A stretch of 64,000 nucleotides of DNA from Chrysomallon squamiferum (taxonomy: Eukaryota > Animalia > Mollusca): contig CM022669.1 in assembly GCA_012295275.1 (NCBI GenBank), positions 16,306,001-16,370,000 of the forward strand. Direction: 5' to 3'. This document shows positions 29,977 to 47,083 of this stretch, one piece after another. The translations under genes were made by a program, and so were the position numbers. The notes under the pieces were generated by a model, which searched no databases, had not been told where the DNA came from, and worked only from the letters and a program-made list of their open reading frames with translations. Positions within the stretch are counted from its first letter, which is position 1. Every line of letters begins with the position of its first letter.

Positions 29977-31788
29977 TTAATATAAATACTTTTTTCTTTT
30001 TTTATATATTTAACATATTTTTGCAGCCCTGTTTCTATTGAATATTGTCTAAATCGTGTAATCCCCACAGCATGCTCTAATAATTATTCGATTAAGAAAA
30101 CATCAACATAAATGACACAGCTTTCTTCTAAATGTTGTAGGATTGAAATTAAGTCTTATGTTGATCTGTGTACAGAACTTTAAAAAAAACAAAATTAAAA
30201 GAAACAAAAAAGAAATTGCAAACTGTATGTGTCAATATAACAAGGAAATGAAAGAAAAAAAATTAATTTAAAAACTGGACTATTTTATTTGATTTTATTT
30301 TTTTTATTTTTTATTTTTATTTTTTTTTTTTTTTTTTTTTATATAATTTATTTTAAGTTGATATTATTATATATTATTTTTGTATCATACGAGCATTAAT
30401 TTTCTTAGAAAGAAACTTCCCCGTTGTTGTTCATAGCAAATTACAAAAGCAATATCAAACGTATCCGTTTTATTATTTTTTATTATTTGTATGTGCTGCT
30501 GTGTATATTCGTGTGCGTATGCCTGTGTGTGGTGTGTATGTGTGAAAGTGTTCGTGTATTAAGTCGATTATATGCATTTAAAATCAATCCAGAACATTGT
30601 GTTTTAATGTCTTTCAGTTACAGTTGTATCTCAGTTCGACATAGTATAGTTGTCTTTATCACATTTAACTGAGTAAAGTTAATTTTTAAAAATTTAAAGC
30701 TTTATTTTTTAATATTTTTCATTTTATTTTATTTTATTTTATTTTATTATTTTGTATTAATTATTCTTGTTGATTCTATTTTATTCTTTCTTTCCTTCTT
30801 TTTTTTTTTGTTATTATTATTTGAGTATGCGTTTTATTTCAAAGCTATAGTTTACTTTGATGTTCTGTATTTCTGTCACCTTTATTTTCATACAAAACAG
30901 TTAAGTGTTAACACAATGCATAGTGCGATGAATGGCTAAAAAATCTATAGTCTAACATAATTAATACATAAACACACTCAATGTGATAAATGAACTGACT
31001 TGAATATTCTCAACAGAGCCCAAATAGTATTAAATTCACAACGATAAATGAACGTTACGGATACTGAATATGTAACTAATCCGAAAAGAAAAGGTTTATG
31101 CGACCGAATAATATTTTAAAGTCTGTAACATAACAGTACAGTTAAGAGTGTAAAAGTCAATATACTAATTGCTTTAATGTACATGACACTGCATTATGAT
31201 TTATGCAGCGTTTTCAATTAGGTGTAAATGTTAAATGTCAAAAAAATAATAACAGTAATACGCATTTCTTGATTAATTTATATAATCATTTAGTAATACA
31301 GATTTTTAAAAAAAAAAAAAAAAAATGGTTTTTTTTCTCTAATTTTTTTCCTCTTTAAAGAAAATATGATTAATTTAGTATTATTTATGTACCTAACACA
31401 AGGTTATGTTCTTATTTTTTATTATTCAATTAAAAAAAAAAAAAAAAAAAAAGTAAATTGTCAAGTAGATTTTAATGCAATTTCCGTAATCTTAATTATT
31501 TACGATAATGTACGATTACTTACGAAGTAATGACGCAAAGTGTATTGTGCGGTCACATTAATGGCTTGTATCTACAATGTGTTCATCTCTTCTGTTCTGA
31601 ACTGTGCCAGAAAACCTTTGATCGTCAAAACAAAAACGTCAACACAAAACGTTCTGCACCGTAACGTAGATAATTGGATGGCGTATAACGACTGAACCGT
31701 AAACACGTTAAAATTAATTTTAATGACAACGTTATTCAATTGATTATAAATGATTAATGAAATGATTATCAAAGAATATGAATTTTAG

Positions 31789-31858
<70 letters not shown>

Positions 31859-33895
31859 TCGTCAACATACCTGTGAAAGAATCTCAGATAATCATTAAAC
31901 AAATGAATGTTTATCATGAAACTGGTTTTTGTTGTTGTTGTTTTTTTTCTTCAGAATGTATCTAACACGACAGCACAGTGATTATCATTATTTCGCTAAA
32001 TTACTGAGTTGAAAAGGGATTTGCTGGGAAACAACAGAAGGTCAAAAGCATCGATATTATCATTTGAAAAAGAGAAACAAACAAAAAAAAGAAGAAGAAA
32101 AGAAAAAGAAGATTATATATGTGTAGATGAATTATTCTCAGGTAAATCGATTACGCACTACACCTTGAAGTAATTAACTGTCTGATGAAGAAGAATTAAT
32201 GCAGTAATCGAAAAACATATTTTTTGTCAGTCGGGCATAGTGCATAGAAGATATCGAATTTCTGAAAAGTGGAATAATAAAAAAAAGAAATAAAAGAAAG
32301 AAAGAAAAAATTAAACTGACTGATTAAACAGACAGAGAGAAAAAGATGGAGAAAGATAGATAACATATAGATATATAGAGAGAGAAAGACATGTAGGTAG
32401 GTAGGTAGGTTGGCAGGTATGTTGGAAGTAGGTAGCTAGATAAACATATATACATACAGTGATAGACATATGCATAAATATATATAGATACAGACAGTCA
32501 GGCAGACAGAGAGACAGACAACACAGACAGACAGAGCAGTAACTAAGACAGAAAGGCAAAAATACAGTCGCTCGTACTTCTAAACAAGTAATCGTTAAAA
32601 GTTTGTTGTTGTTTTTTGTGGGTTGTTTTTTTAACAGAGGCCACTGTAAGATACTTAATTATAATATATTAGATGAAAACCAACATTATTTGGTTTAGTT
32701 AACATTAAACAAATGTAGATCTGGAAAATGTTGCGCTGAGCAGCCAGACATTAAAATAAACAGCAGCTGTGATTTATTAGTTTCTGGTAGTCGTAAAACA
32801 ATGTCACTTTTTTCTTAAACGACAAAATGGTCATATCGCCTAATTGTATTAGTAATATATTAACCAGTAAGCCAAACATATACACACACACACACACGGA
32901 GACACAGACACAGACACAAACACACACATGTAGATGAACGCTCACATATCCATCTTCACACACATCTGCACATACACACACACACACTCATACACTTGTA
33001 CACACATACACATACATATACATATATACATACAAACATACATGTATACATATATACGCACATACATACGTCCATCATATACGCATATACATATAGACAG
33101 ATATAAATAGACACACACACACACACACACACACACACCGTATCTTTACATGAGTTGTATAGCTACCAATTTATATATTTGTGCAATTCTTTTTCCAAAA
33201 ATATCCATAAAAATTAAACCAATTAAGGAAAAAAAAAAACTACCTAATAATAAATTTAAAAAAAAATAGAATAAAAAAAAATAAAATAACATTTAATTTA
33301 CCCAGGTCTGCAGGACACATTTGGTAAGCGTCCGCTACAGCGGAAAACACTACAGATAAACTGCAACACTGTCAAGGAAAATAAAGTACGTAATTAACAA
33401 CTTTGAAAGAGCTTATCGCTCTCTCTCTCTCTTTCAATACAATGAATAGTTCTAAATGCTTTTAGGCCGACTGTGATCTTTCCGAATTAATCCGTTTATA
33501 TGAAACACTACTTTTACAGTAATGGAAATAACAAAAGCAAAAATAAGGGAAAGTGAAATGCTGATGTTTATATTTAATTGTTGGTGGGGGTTTTTCTTCT
33601 TTTTTTTTCTTTTTTTTTTTTCTTTTTTTCTTTTTTTCATGACAGAAAAGCCTAGTCTTGATGTTTGTATGATGTGTGATTTAGTGGATTTCTATTAAAA
33701 TTTTTTTATTTATGTGGGTTTTGTACCCTGGACTTTCAATGTCTATATTTATTTTATGTTTTTGTTTATTGTCACTGATGCTGTTGTTATAATGCATTGT
33801 CGTTGTTAAAAACTATCTTTAATAAAACAAAACCTAGATACTCTTCTGAACCATTCGACAATCTTTGTTTCTTTAGGATATATATATATATATAT

Positions 33896-34006
<111 letters not shown>

Positions 34007-34609
34007 ATAAACAGTTAAACATTAACACATCCTATTTAGACATGAAATTTAACGCAATAGTTCTGATCGCCTTCTGACGAGTACGTTTACTGAATGTTCG
34101 CACAATCAATCAACTCCATAACCACCATGTTAATGAGCCTAACGATACAGTAATAATAAAAAAAATATATGTACATATTACAACTTCGGAATACACTATC
34201 ATTGTCCGTTCATCGTCTGAGGTAGCAGCAAGACTTAATGTTAGAAGTTTATTTTCTAGGTGAATTCAGAAGGAAAACAATTGGGTCACTGGGTCTAGAT
34301 CGCTCTGGTTACCACCGCTGCGTCGGTTTGCTAATAACAAAACAAACAAAGCGTGGAGACAAGTTATTGATTATGACAGATTTGTATCACTAAAATCTCG
34401 TTCGTGGACCCTGCAGAATCGTGGACTAAATCGAAGACAATTTTCAGGGCCTGTGATAACAGCTGGTTACTTGAGTGCGAACGAGATATGATTATACAGT
34501 GTGAGTCTTTACACGCTGTTGAATGTTAATTAATGATCAGTGGAAGGAAAATTGCTTTGTGTGGTGAGGTGTACTTTTAGTGGAAGTGTAGGCCTATACA
34601 GTCGTTGTC

Positions 34610-35083
34610 GTGGTGATGGTGGTGGTGGTGGTGGTGGTAGTAGTAGTGGTAAAAGCAGTTGTAAAAAAAAATGTAGTGTTAGAAGTAATATTAATAGTAG
34701 TGTAGAAGCAGCAGCAATAGCCGCAGTAGTGATAGTAGTAGTAGTAGAAGTAGTAGTTGTAGTGGTAGTAGTAGTAGCAGAATAGCAGTAGTAATCATAG
34801 TAGTAGTAGTAGTAGTAGAAGTAGTAGTTGTAGTGGTAGTGGTAGTAGCAGAATAGCAGTAGTAATAATAGTAGTAGTAATAGAAGTAGTAGTTGTAGTG
34901 GTAGTAGTAGTAGCAGAATAGTAGTAGTAATGATAGTAGTAGTGATGTCGGTAGTAATAATAGTTATAGTAATAACGACAGTGGTAACAACAATAACAGT
35001 TAAAATAAATATATAATTAAAAGCAGTAATAAATGTAGCAGCAAAGTAGAAACAGTAGTAGCAGTAGTAGCAGTAGTAGTAGC

Positions 35084-35124
<41 letters not shown>

Positions 35125-35224
35125 CAGTAGTAGTGGTAAAAGTAGTAGCAGTAGTAGTAGTAGTAGTAGCAGTAGTAGTAGTAGCAGTAGTAGTGGTAGT
35201 AGTAGTAGTAGCAGTAGTAGTGGC

Positions 35225-35268
<44 letters not shown>

Positions 35269-35330
35269 CAGCAGTAGTAGTAGCAGTAGTAGTGGCAGTA
35301 ATGATGGTGGTAGTGGTGGAATTGGTGCTG
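34610..35330. repeat. (TAG)n/(GGT)n microsatellite with ~70-bp higher-order repeats
   Basis: AGAAGTAGTAGTTGTAGTGGTAGTrGTAGyAGCAGAATAG recurs three times within 34745-34921. Confidence 0.93.
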
Positions 35331-35734
35331 GTGGTGCATCAGTGGCAACTGAGAGGCAGTATTAGTTGTAGTAAAAATAATAATTAACAGTATTAATAAT
35401 TTTAGCAGTAGTCGTTGTAGTAGATATAGCAGTAGTAGTATTAGTGACAGAGGTTATGGTTTTAATGGCACCAGTGATAGCGGTGATTTTTTTTTTTTTT
35501 TTTTTCGTAATAGTACTTCTGTTTATACCAGTCATTATAGCAATAACATTAATAACTGTTTTTCATTTCTTTTGTAGCAGTAGTAGTATGTGCAGCTGTT
35601 GTCGCTGCTGTTGTACAGTGGTAGTAAAAGGTCTTGTTATAGAATAGCATGTACATGTGTCTGTAGCTGAGTTGAAATTCAGTCTAAAGGTTGCACTGAG
35701 CTATGTCTACTGACGTTACGACCTGTCGCATTGT

Positions 35735-35821
35735 AGACTACAGTTAAAACAACTAAGCTGCAGACTACAGTTAAAACAACTAAGCTGCAGACTACAGTTA
35801 AAACAACTAAGCTGCAGACTA
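35735..35821. repeat. 27-bp perfect tandem repeat x3.2
   Basis: AGACTACAGTTAAAACAACTAAGCTGC at 35735, 35762 and 35789, plus a partial AGACTA. Confidence 0.95.
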
Positions 35822-37131
35822 TCCCTGGAGATCAGCGCGATACAAATTATCAGCTATATAAATATTTTTTATTACTTCCCTTGACAAATTGGATGGAGCT
35901 GGTGAAACAGGCGTAGACTCAGTCATTTAAAGCTTTTCTGTTTCTTAGTTTACGCTTAACGTCAAATTGGCTTTATTTAGTTTATATAAAGAAATGTTAA
36001 TATACATTTTATCTTTAAGATTATTATTAGTAGTAGTAGTAGTAGTAGTGGAGTAGTAGTGGCAGTGGCTGTAGTAGAAGTAACAGTAGTAAAAGTAGTA
36101 GTTGTAGTAACAGTAAAAGTAGTAATAGTAGTAGTAGTATTAGTGGTTGTAGTAACATTAGTAGTATTTGGTGTTGTAATAGTGGTTGTAGTATCAATAG
36201 TAGTAGTCGTAGTAGTAGTAGTAGTAGTAGTAGTAATAGCAGTAATAGTAGTAATAGTAGCAGTAGTTGCAATTGTGGTAAAGGTTTATGGTAGTAGTAG
36301 TAGTTGTAATAATAGTGTTAATAGTAGTAATAGTAGTAGCAAAATAATAGTAGAAGTAGTAATAGTAGCAGTAGTTGTAATAATGGTAATAACAGACAAA
36401 CAGACAGACAAACATGCATACAGACAGACATACACAAAGACACACATGCATACAGTTACGTACTTAATAAATTTGTATGATGCAGTTTAAATACGAATGT
36501 AATAGTACGTTTGTGTTTGTTTACATGGCTCAGTTTGCCTGTGTAGTCTGCAGGCTAAATAAATAAACTCAAGCCAGCTTGATCTGTCTGTATAGTGTAC
36601 AGAAGCACAACGTATCCTTGACAGACTATCATTCAGAAGCACATTAAACTTTACTGACCCGTGATGACCGTCATACTTCTCATTAAAACATTATAATAAG
36701 CGATTTTTGTCCTCAAAATTGCTTAAACTGGGATGTAGGTGTATACGTGTAATTTAAACATTTAATTCTGACATTTATCAATTTTTGACGGTGTTTATCC
36801 GCTGACACGATGCCACCTCGTACTCTAAGATAATGTAAGTGGGTAATTAATTTAATTTAAATAATCATCACTGTCATTTCGACTAGGTCTCGCGGAGGCT
36901 TACTTTCTAGCTTACACAGTGAGGTGAAATGTGAAATTAATGGGGTTAATTTCGGATGAATGAGTGAAACAATGATTTTTTTATTTTTTTTTTTGACAGA
37001 AAACTGATGGATATATAGAAAGAGAGGCAGAGACAAAAAGACAGGCAGGCAAAGGGACAAATAGGCAGACAGACAGACAGACAGAGAGGCACACTGACAG
37101 ACAGATTAATAATTACTAGAAGGTATCATAC

Positions 37132-40705
<3,574 letters not shown>

Positions 40706-41007
40706 ATTACACGTCCTTAAACAGTCAAACAGATTCAGGAATACATGCATGTTTGTTTTTACTGTTGATTTTATTCATTTATAAGTGCTGGGTAAATGGT
40801 CCTGTTCAGTTTTCTAACGTACTTAGAATGTTTGTCATTTCCTGCACTTTGTTCCCACGACAAAAACAGGAACAAAAATCTGCTAATGCACGTATAATTT
40901 ATAAAGTAATTTAACCTCGAATTCCGTAAATAAAAGTGATGTTGTTGTGATAAATAAATAAATAAATAGGTTCAATTAAATGAGAAAGACAGACAGACAA
41001 ACAGAGA

Positions 41008-41158
<151 letters not shown>

Positions 41159-42330
41159 CTCGCAGCAGACGTCAAAAAATGTGTTTTTTTTTTTTTTAAA
41201 ATATTTAAAACATCAGAGTTAGTCTGTTTAAAAAATGTGTTATATATGAATTAGAAGCATCACACTGACATGATTATGATAATGTTATATAAATATTTAT
41301 AAACATATAGATGGATAAAGAGACTTAACTTATTTATAGTTCTGTTTGTTCTCGCTTGAAACAGAAGAAGAAGTTCAAACAATAGGTCTATAGCATCATC
41401 AATAAACAGTGGATAAAAATATTCGTTGATTTTAACTGAATGGTGATATAGATACGTTTATTTTAATATTTTATTTTACTGTTGTTTTTTTTTTTTTTTG
41501 CTTTTTTTTTTTTTGTTGTTTTTTTGATGATGATGATGATGATGATTTAATGATAAAACAACAATTAAACAAAACATTTTCGTTTTAACATTAATAAATG
41601 TTCAGTTTTTTTATACTTTCAACTTTAATTCTAACAGTTAACGTTCAAACAATAATTACATAATTACATGAATAATCAAGTGCAAGAACAAAAATAATTT
41701 CGTTTATTTTAGCTTTTTTAGAAATTTATTCGTGTTACCTTCTCTCTTCTATCTCTCGCCCTGTCTCTATATCTGTTTGTTTATATATTTATCTATCTGT
41801 CTATATATACATACAGTCTCTTTATATATTTAAAACTCTGTTTTTTTCTAATTTTTATATCGTTTTATATATTTATCGGTCTATATGCATGTGTATTGTG
41901 TTGGTATAGGTGTGGGTATGGGTGTGTGTTTGGATATTATGCGTATGTATGTATGTATGTGTGTGTGTCACAGACTGGTTGATTGATGGATCTTACAAAA
42001 TATTGATAGCTAAAGATCTCTGTGGACTATTGTCAGCCATTGATAGAATAAAGCCGTTTAACTTAGGAAATATTCTATAGAATCATATTCACGATCCATT
42101 CTCCATAATTTATACATGAGATCTGTATTTAAATTATTGCTGATTATATTAATTTAAATCCGTGAAAACAAGCAATTATAGAATCAGTACAGGAACATAG
42201 GACTTTAGTGTTTACAATCATTTTTTATATTACGTTCCGTAGAACCACAATAACCTAGGAATTACAAAACCGAAACAAATATCTGTTTCAATTTCGTCGC
42301 GTTTATTAACATGTATCTTCATTTTGTCAG

Positions 42331-43692
42331 CTTTTTGTCACGGCCATTTACTCAACATTCGACACGACAGAGAGAGAAGAGAAACTGGAGATGAAGACTG
42401 TAACGAAGAGTGTCGTAGAAAGGCAACCCCAATAGTTGAAAAAATTACCATGCTTGATACTGTGGGTCTTGCCAGTTCTGCCTTCCTTGCTACGATCTGC
42501 GAGTGAGTATGTTACTGTGTTTTCTATAGCTTTACTTATCCATCGACTGTAATCAGTCACTCTATTTCTTGCTTCTCCAGCCAGTAACCACTGCAGCTTT
42601 ATCAAGTACCGTGGTATGTGCTGTCATGTCTTCTGAAACGTGCGTGTAAAGAATCGTTTGACAATATTTTAAAACGATTGTATCAATGAGTGCGACTCTA
42701 TCACTTCGTATGTGATGCAGTTGTTTTTCTCGTTACTAGACTCTTATTGAAATGAGGCAAAAACATTTAATCGCCGAGCGGAGTGGGACAAAAAAAAAAA
42801 AATTGGGCGAGGCCATAGGACGTTATTGTTTCTATCGGAATAGAAATTTATATCTAAAATTTATAAAGAAATTTATTATTAAAAAGAAAAAAAAAAAAAA
42901 AAATGAAAAATCGTCAATTTCGGTATGATGCACTTATGGTAATTATGAAGAAGAAGTCTAAATGTATTCTGCATTCTTCCAAATTAAGCTTCATTTATTA
43001 ACTGTCGTCAAATTTTATTTTGATAAAGAAGTATAACAACAAAAACAATACAGTCTTAAAATACCTGCGTTCTGCTGTGTGTGTCGCATATAGACCGAAT
43101 CTGTCGGCTCTAAAATTTCTTCCAGTGTCAAAAAAAAAAAAAAAAAAAAAAAAAACCAAACATTCCGCCGTGTACGCCATGACGTCACTACTTCATTTTC
43201 AAAATGGCGGCATCCAAACGTTTTGTAACAGTATCATTTTATTATTGTATTTCATTATAAACGACGATAGGTCGCCTCAGACAATAAAATAATAACATAG
43301 ATGCATAAAATGTTTTTTTTATTATTATTATTATTAGACTGCTTATTCCACATGTATACTTCAAATCTCCGATTAAATTCTTTAATTCAGAGAGAACTAC
43401 TTTGGAGGCGTCTGCAACAACACGTGCAAGGGTATGGCGAACAGCGACAACGACAGCCCATTCTTGTATATCCGGAATTATATGTGTGCTAACCGTCACA
43501 GTAAGTCAGCTATTCTTATTGAGACAGATAAAAGAGAAATATTACTTTCACTGAAATTACAGGAGTCGTCCAGCTTATTTGTTGCATCTCTGTATGTAGA
43601 CAGACAAAACAGACCCATACACAGACAAACATACAGACAGGCAGAAGGAGAAAGAGGAAAGATACATGGAAAGTAATATGCCCGCAACCACA

Positions 43693-43727
<35 letters not shown>

Positions 43728-45066
43728 ACACACACACTCATGTAATTACATACATATACACATGGAAAAACACTTATACATACGTACATATGGACACGCA
43801 TAGCAATGTAGATACGTAGATGTGACATAAGTATAAATGGAAATATTACTGTATTCCTGTATTACAGTGTTGGAGACTTCGATGGCGTGCTGGAGGAAAG
43901 ATCCTGTGAATAGAGCTTTCGAAGTTTGCAATGTTAGAAAACCCAGCTCATCGGTCTGCCAGTAAGTATTTTCATAACAATAAGAGACAAAGACATAGAC
44001 ACACACACACACACACACACACACACAACAAACACACCACACACTCACAACAAACATATATGCACACATTCACACATATATAAATACACACAGACATACA
44101 CACATAATAGACACACATCAGAAACACATACACACAACATACATATATAACATACACATACACACTCACAAATAAATTAATGAATGAGTAATTTACTACA
44201 TGAAAAAGAAAAATCGCCTGTTAGCTCTCAGTAATAAAGGAATTAAACTGTGTATGTCTGCATGTATGTATGAATGCATGCATGTATACATATTCATTTA
44301 TTCATTCATTCATTCATTTATTTATTTATTTATTTATTTATTTAATTGTTCAGCAATCACTACATCGAATGGCTAGATAAGATGACTAGATAAATTTCTA
44401 TACTATCTGGTTCGAATAGTTAAGTTTAACTATTAACCCTTATTACTGTCTTTTAATGATGGATGGTCTGAACTTCTCTGAGTCGGGTCATTCTCAGCTT
44501 CACAAGGACAAAGTTGATATCTTATGACATTAACGAGGTATTCACTCTATACATAGCATGCACATACATACAAGCATACGTAACTATTTACATTTGTATA
44601 ATTATTTATTTGTGTATATCAGTGTGTGTCTTTTTGTCTGTATGATAGAGCATTAATGTGTATGATGTCTTACTGTGTCTTTATGTGAATGTAAATCTTC
44701 ATATGTGTAGTACTGAATATTAATCCATTATTTTGAAGTTTTTCTGGGATTTTTATTTATTTATTTTTTGTTTATTTTATTTTATTTTATTTTATTTTAT
44801 TTTTATTATTTTTATTTTTATTTTTATTTTTATTTTTTATTTTTTTATTTATATCATCATCATCATCATCATTATTATTGTAATCATATTTACTACTGTT
44901 ATATTCCTATTGTTATTATTGTTGTTGTTGTTGTTGTTATAGGCTTCAGAACTGTGTACTATGCTACATACGAAGTATCGAAGGATGCGGAGAAACTCAA
45001 GCAAGATTCTTCAAAGATCTGTTTGCGTTCATGTCCGGTAATCAACAATGTAACGAAGAGAAATAA
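42331..45066 (+). CDS. Uncharacterised secreted cysteine-rich protein, paralog B (start codon not located; RERR furin-type site, 12 conserved Cys + 1)
   Basis: Exons 42331-42502, 43391-43500, 43868-43961 and 44943-45066 (TAA), GT-AG, with the same phases as paralog A. Protein: AFCHG-HLLNIRHDRERRETGDEDCNEECRRKATPIVEKI...FLATICEENYFGGVCNNTC...IRNYMCANRHMLETSMACWRK...FEVCNVRKPSSSVCQLQNCVLCYIRSIEGCGETQARFFKDLFAFMSGNQQCNEEK. Confidence 0.8.
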
Positions 45067-45854
45067 GGTCAGAAAGCAAAAGTCTTGTAAAAATACTTTA
45101 ATATTACTAACTTAACATTGAATATCATCTTATATTGGTTTCCAGATTGACGTAAATAGGCAAATAATAATAATATTAAATTGTATTTCAGAACGTATGC
45201 GTTGATAAGCGATTTAAGAAGTTACTATTATTATTTAATTATAATGATTTAGAATGTAACCTGTTGAGCTGAGATAAGGAAAAAAGTGTTATAAATTCTT
45301 ATAAATAATAACATATGATTTATTTATTTATTTACCATACGTCTATCTTAAATTATACTTCTTCCAGATTAAATGTAGTAATAATAATGCATCTTAATCA
45401 CCCTTCATTTACCAAATAGAATTATTTATACAATACTTTATTTCTTGTTTCAATTATTTGTATTAATTTTGTAATGTAAAATGCTTGGCAGTGATAATAT
45501 TTTAATAGTGACATTTCTTTCAAATGCCTTAACTCCTGTAACAAACTTTTCATTTACGTGTCATATTAATTATTTTGTTTTTATATAAACGATGACGCTG
45601 TTCATTTTGTTTTTGTTTTCAGAAAAACGAGAGTATGATACAGCTATGCATCTTGAAGATATACAAGTAACCAGCTAAATAAAATTAAAATACTCACCAA
45701 CCGTGCCATAATTATTACTATTATTTGTTTTTGTTTTTTTTAAATAAACTGACACAACATATGATATGTCTAATTTCAGTGAAAACGTGTTTTGTTTTTA
45801 TTTTAAAAATTAGTTCTGTTGATGATTGCTTATTGCTAATTTACCTCGTTATTA

Positions 45855-45906
<52 letters not shown>

Positions 45907-46601
45907 AGTTTGTTTTATTTTCTTGTTGTTTTTAATGCTCGTTGTTGTTTGGCGGTTCTTGATCGTCTTTATTCACCTCATTGCTATTTACTCTAAGGTA
46001 TGATTTTCAGAAGTGGCCGAACCAAATAATAATAATAATAATGTGTGGGGTTTTTTTTTGTTGTTTATTTTTTAAATAGGAAGAAAGAAAGAAAGAAAGA
46101 AAGAGAAAATGAAAGGAACATGAACACATAGTAATTTGATGCTTTTTATATTAAATTAGTTTGCAGAGTTGCTAACAATATTGTACCGTGTTGTATCTCT
46201 GAATATAGATGTAAGATTCCAACAAGATGGGGGTGTATAGTAGACAGTTAGAATGGTTCAAAGATAATAAGAGAGGACATAAAACAACAAAAACGTCTTC
46301 TTTCCTTTGTCTTTTCGTTCCCGGAAGGTTGGCAGTATTTTGTTAAACATAACAGGAAGCATACACAGAGCAAAAGCTGATAGTCTAATAATAACTGATA
46401 TTCCATTTTCATCCATATCTGCTATTTTCGCACTAACTCTGCTGCTGAGGAAAATGATAAATAAAATGATAATCTATTTTTTTTTTTTTTTTTTGTGGCT
46501 GACTAATAGATTATATTCAAGTATAAATACATATTCGCAAATGATTTTTGATTGTAGCATCCTCGTCACAAATATCTTTCCCAAAATAACGGTTAACAGT
46601 C

Positions 46602-46641
<40 letters not shown>

Positions 46642-46914
46642 TGTCTTTACTTTTTTCTTTTAAATAATTTATTTGTTATACGAATACTTTCATTGTGACT
46701 ATTCAGTTTATTGCATTTTACAAATCGTCATACAGTTAAAAACATTTTATTTTATAATTATTATGTACAATCCAAATGATGCTGAATAGTATTTTTTAAT
46801 CCGAAATAGTAGTTAACATAATAGTTATTATCACCACAGCAACATTGAATTGATTAATAATAAATATAAACAACGCATTTGTCGAAACAGAATAGGGTTG
46901 TCTGCAGCAGGAAG

Positions 46915-46964
<50 letters not shown>

Positions 46965-47083
46965 GTAGTCTCGATTAGTTGTAAATGATAAAAATAAATT
47001 CTATAATTTCCGCCTGCATCAAGAATGCAGATGTTGTAGGTCTTAGAGGGAATTAATCGTTTAATGGTTTAACAGAAGACAGA

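Noticed and set aside
34530-35348. 272-aa Tyr/Cys/Leu/Thr-rich ORF on the minus strand
   Set aside because: Translation of a (TAG)n microsatellite; no domain, no splice support.
35735-35821. CRISPR-like 27-bp repeats
   Set aside because: Units are contiguous with no spacers, in a eukaryotic context.
42348-44069. Minus-strand ORFs at 42348-42605, 43242-43499 and 43746-44069 as extra exons of paralog A
   Set aside because: They are antisense shadows of paralog B exons, whose + strand frames have proper splice sites and homology to A.
46318-46326. Perfect STAT site TTCCCGGAA between paralog B and MED27
   Set aside because: A single 9-mer can occur by chance in 64 kb; no supporting cluster.
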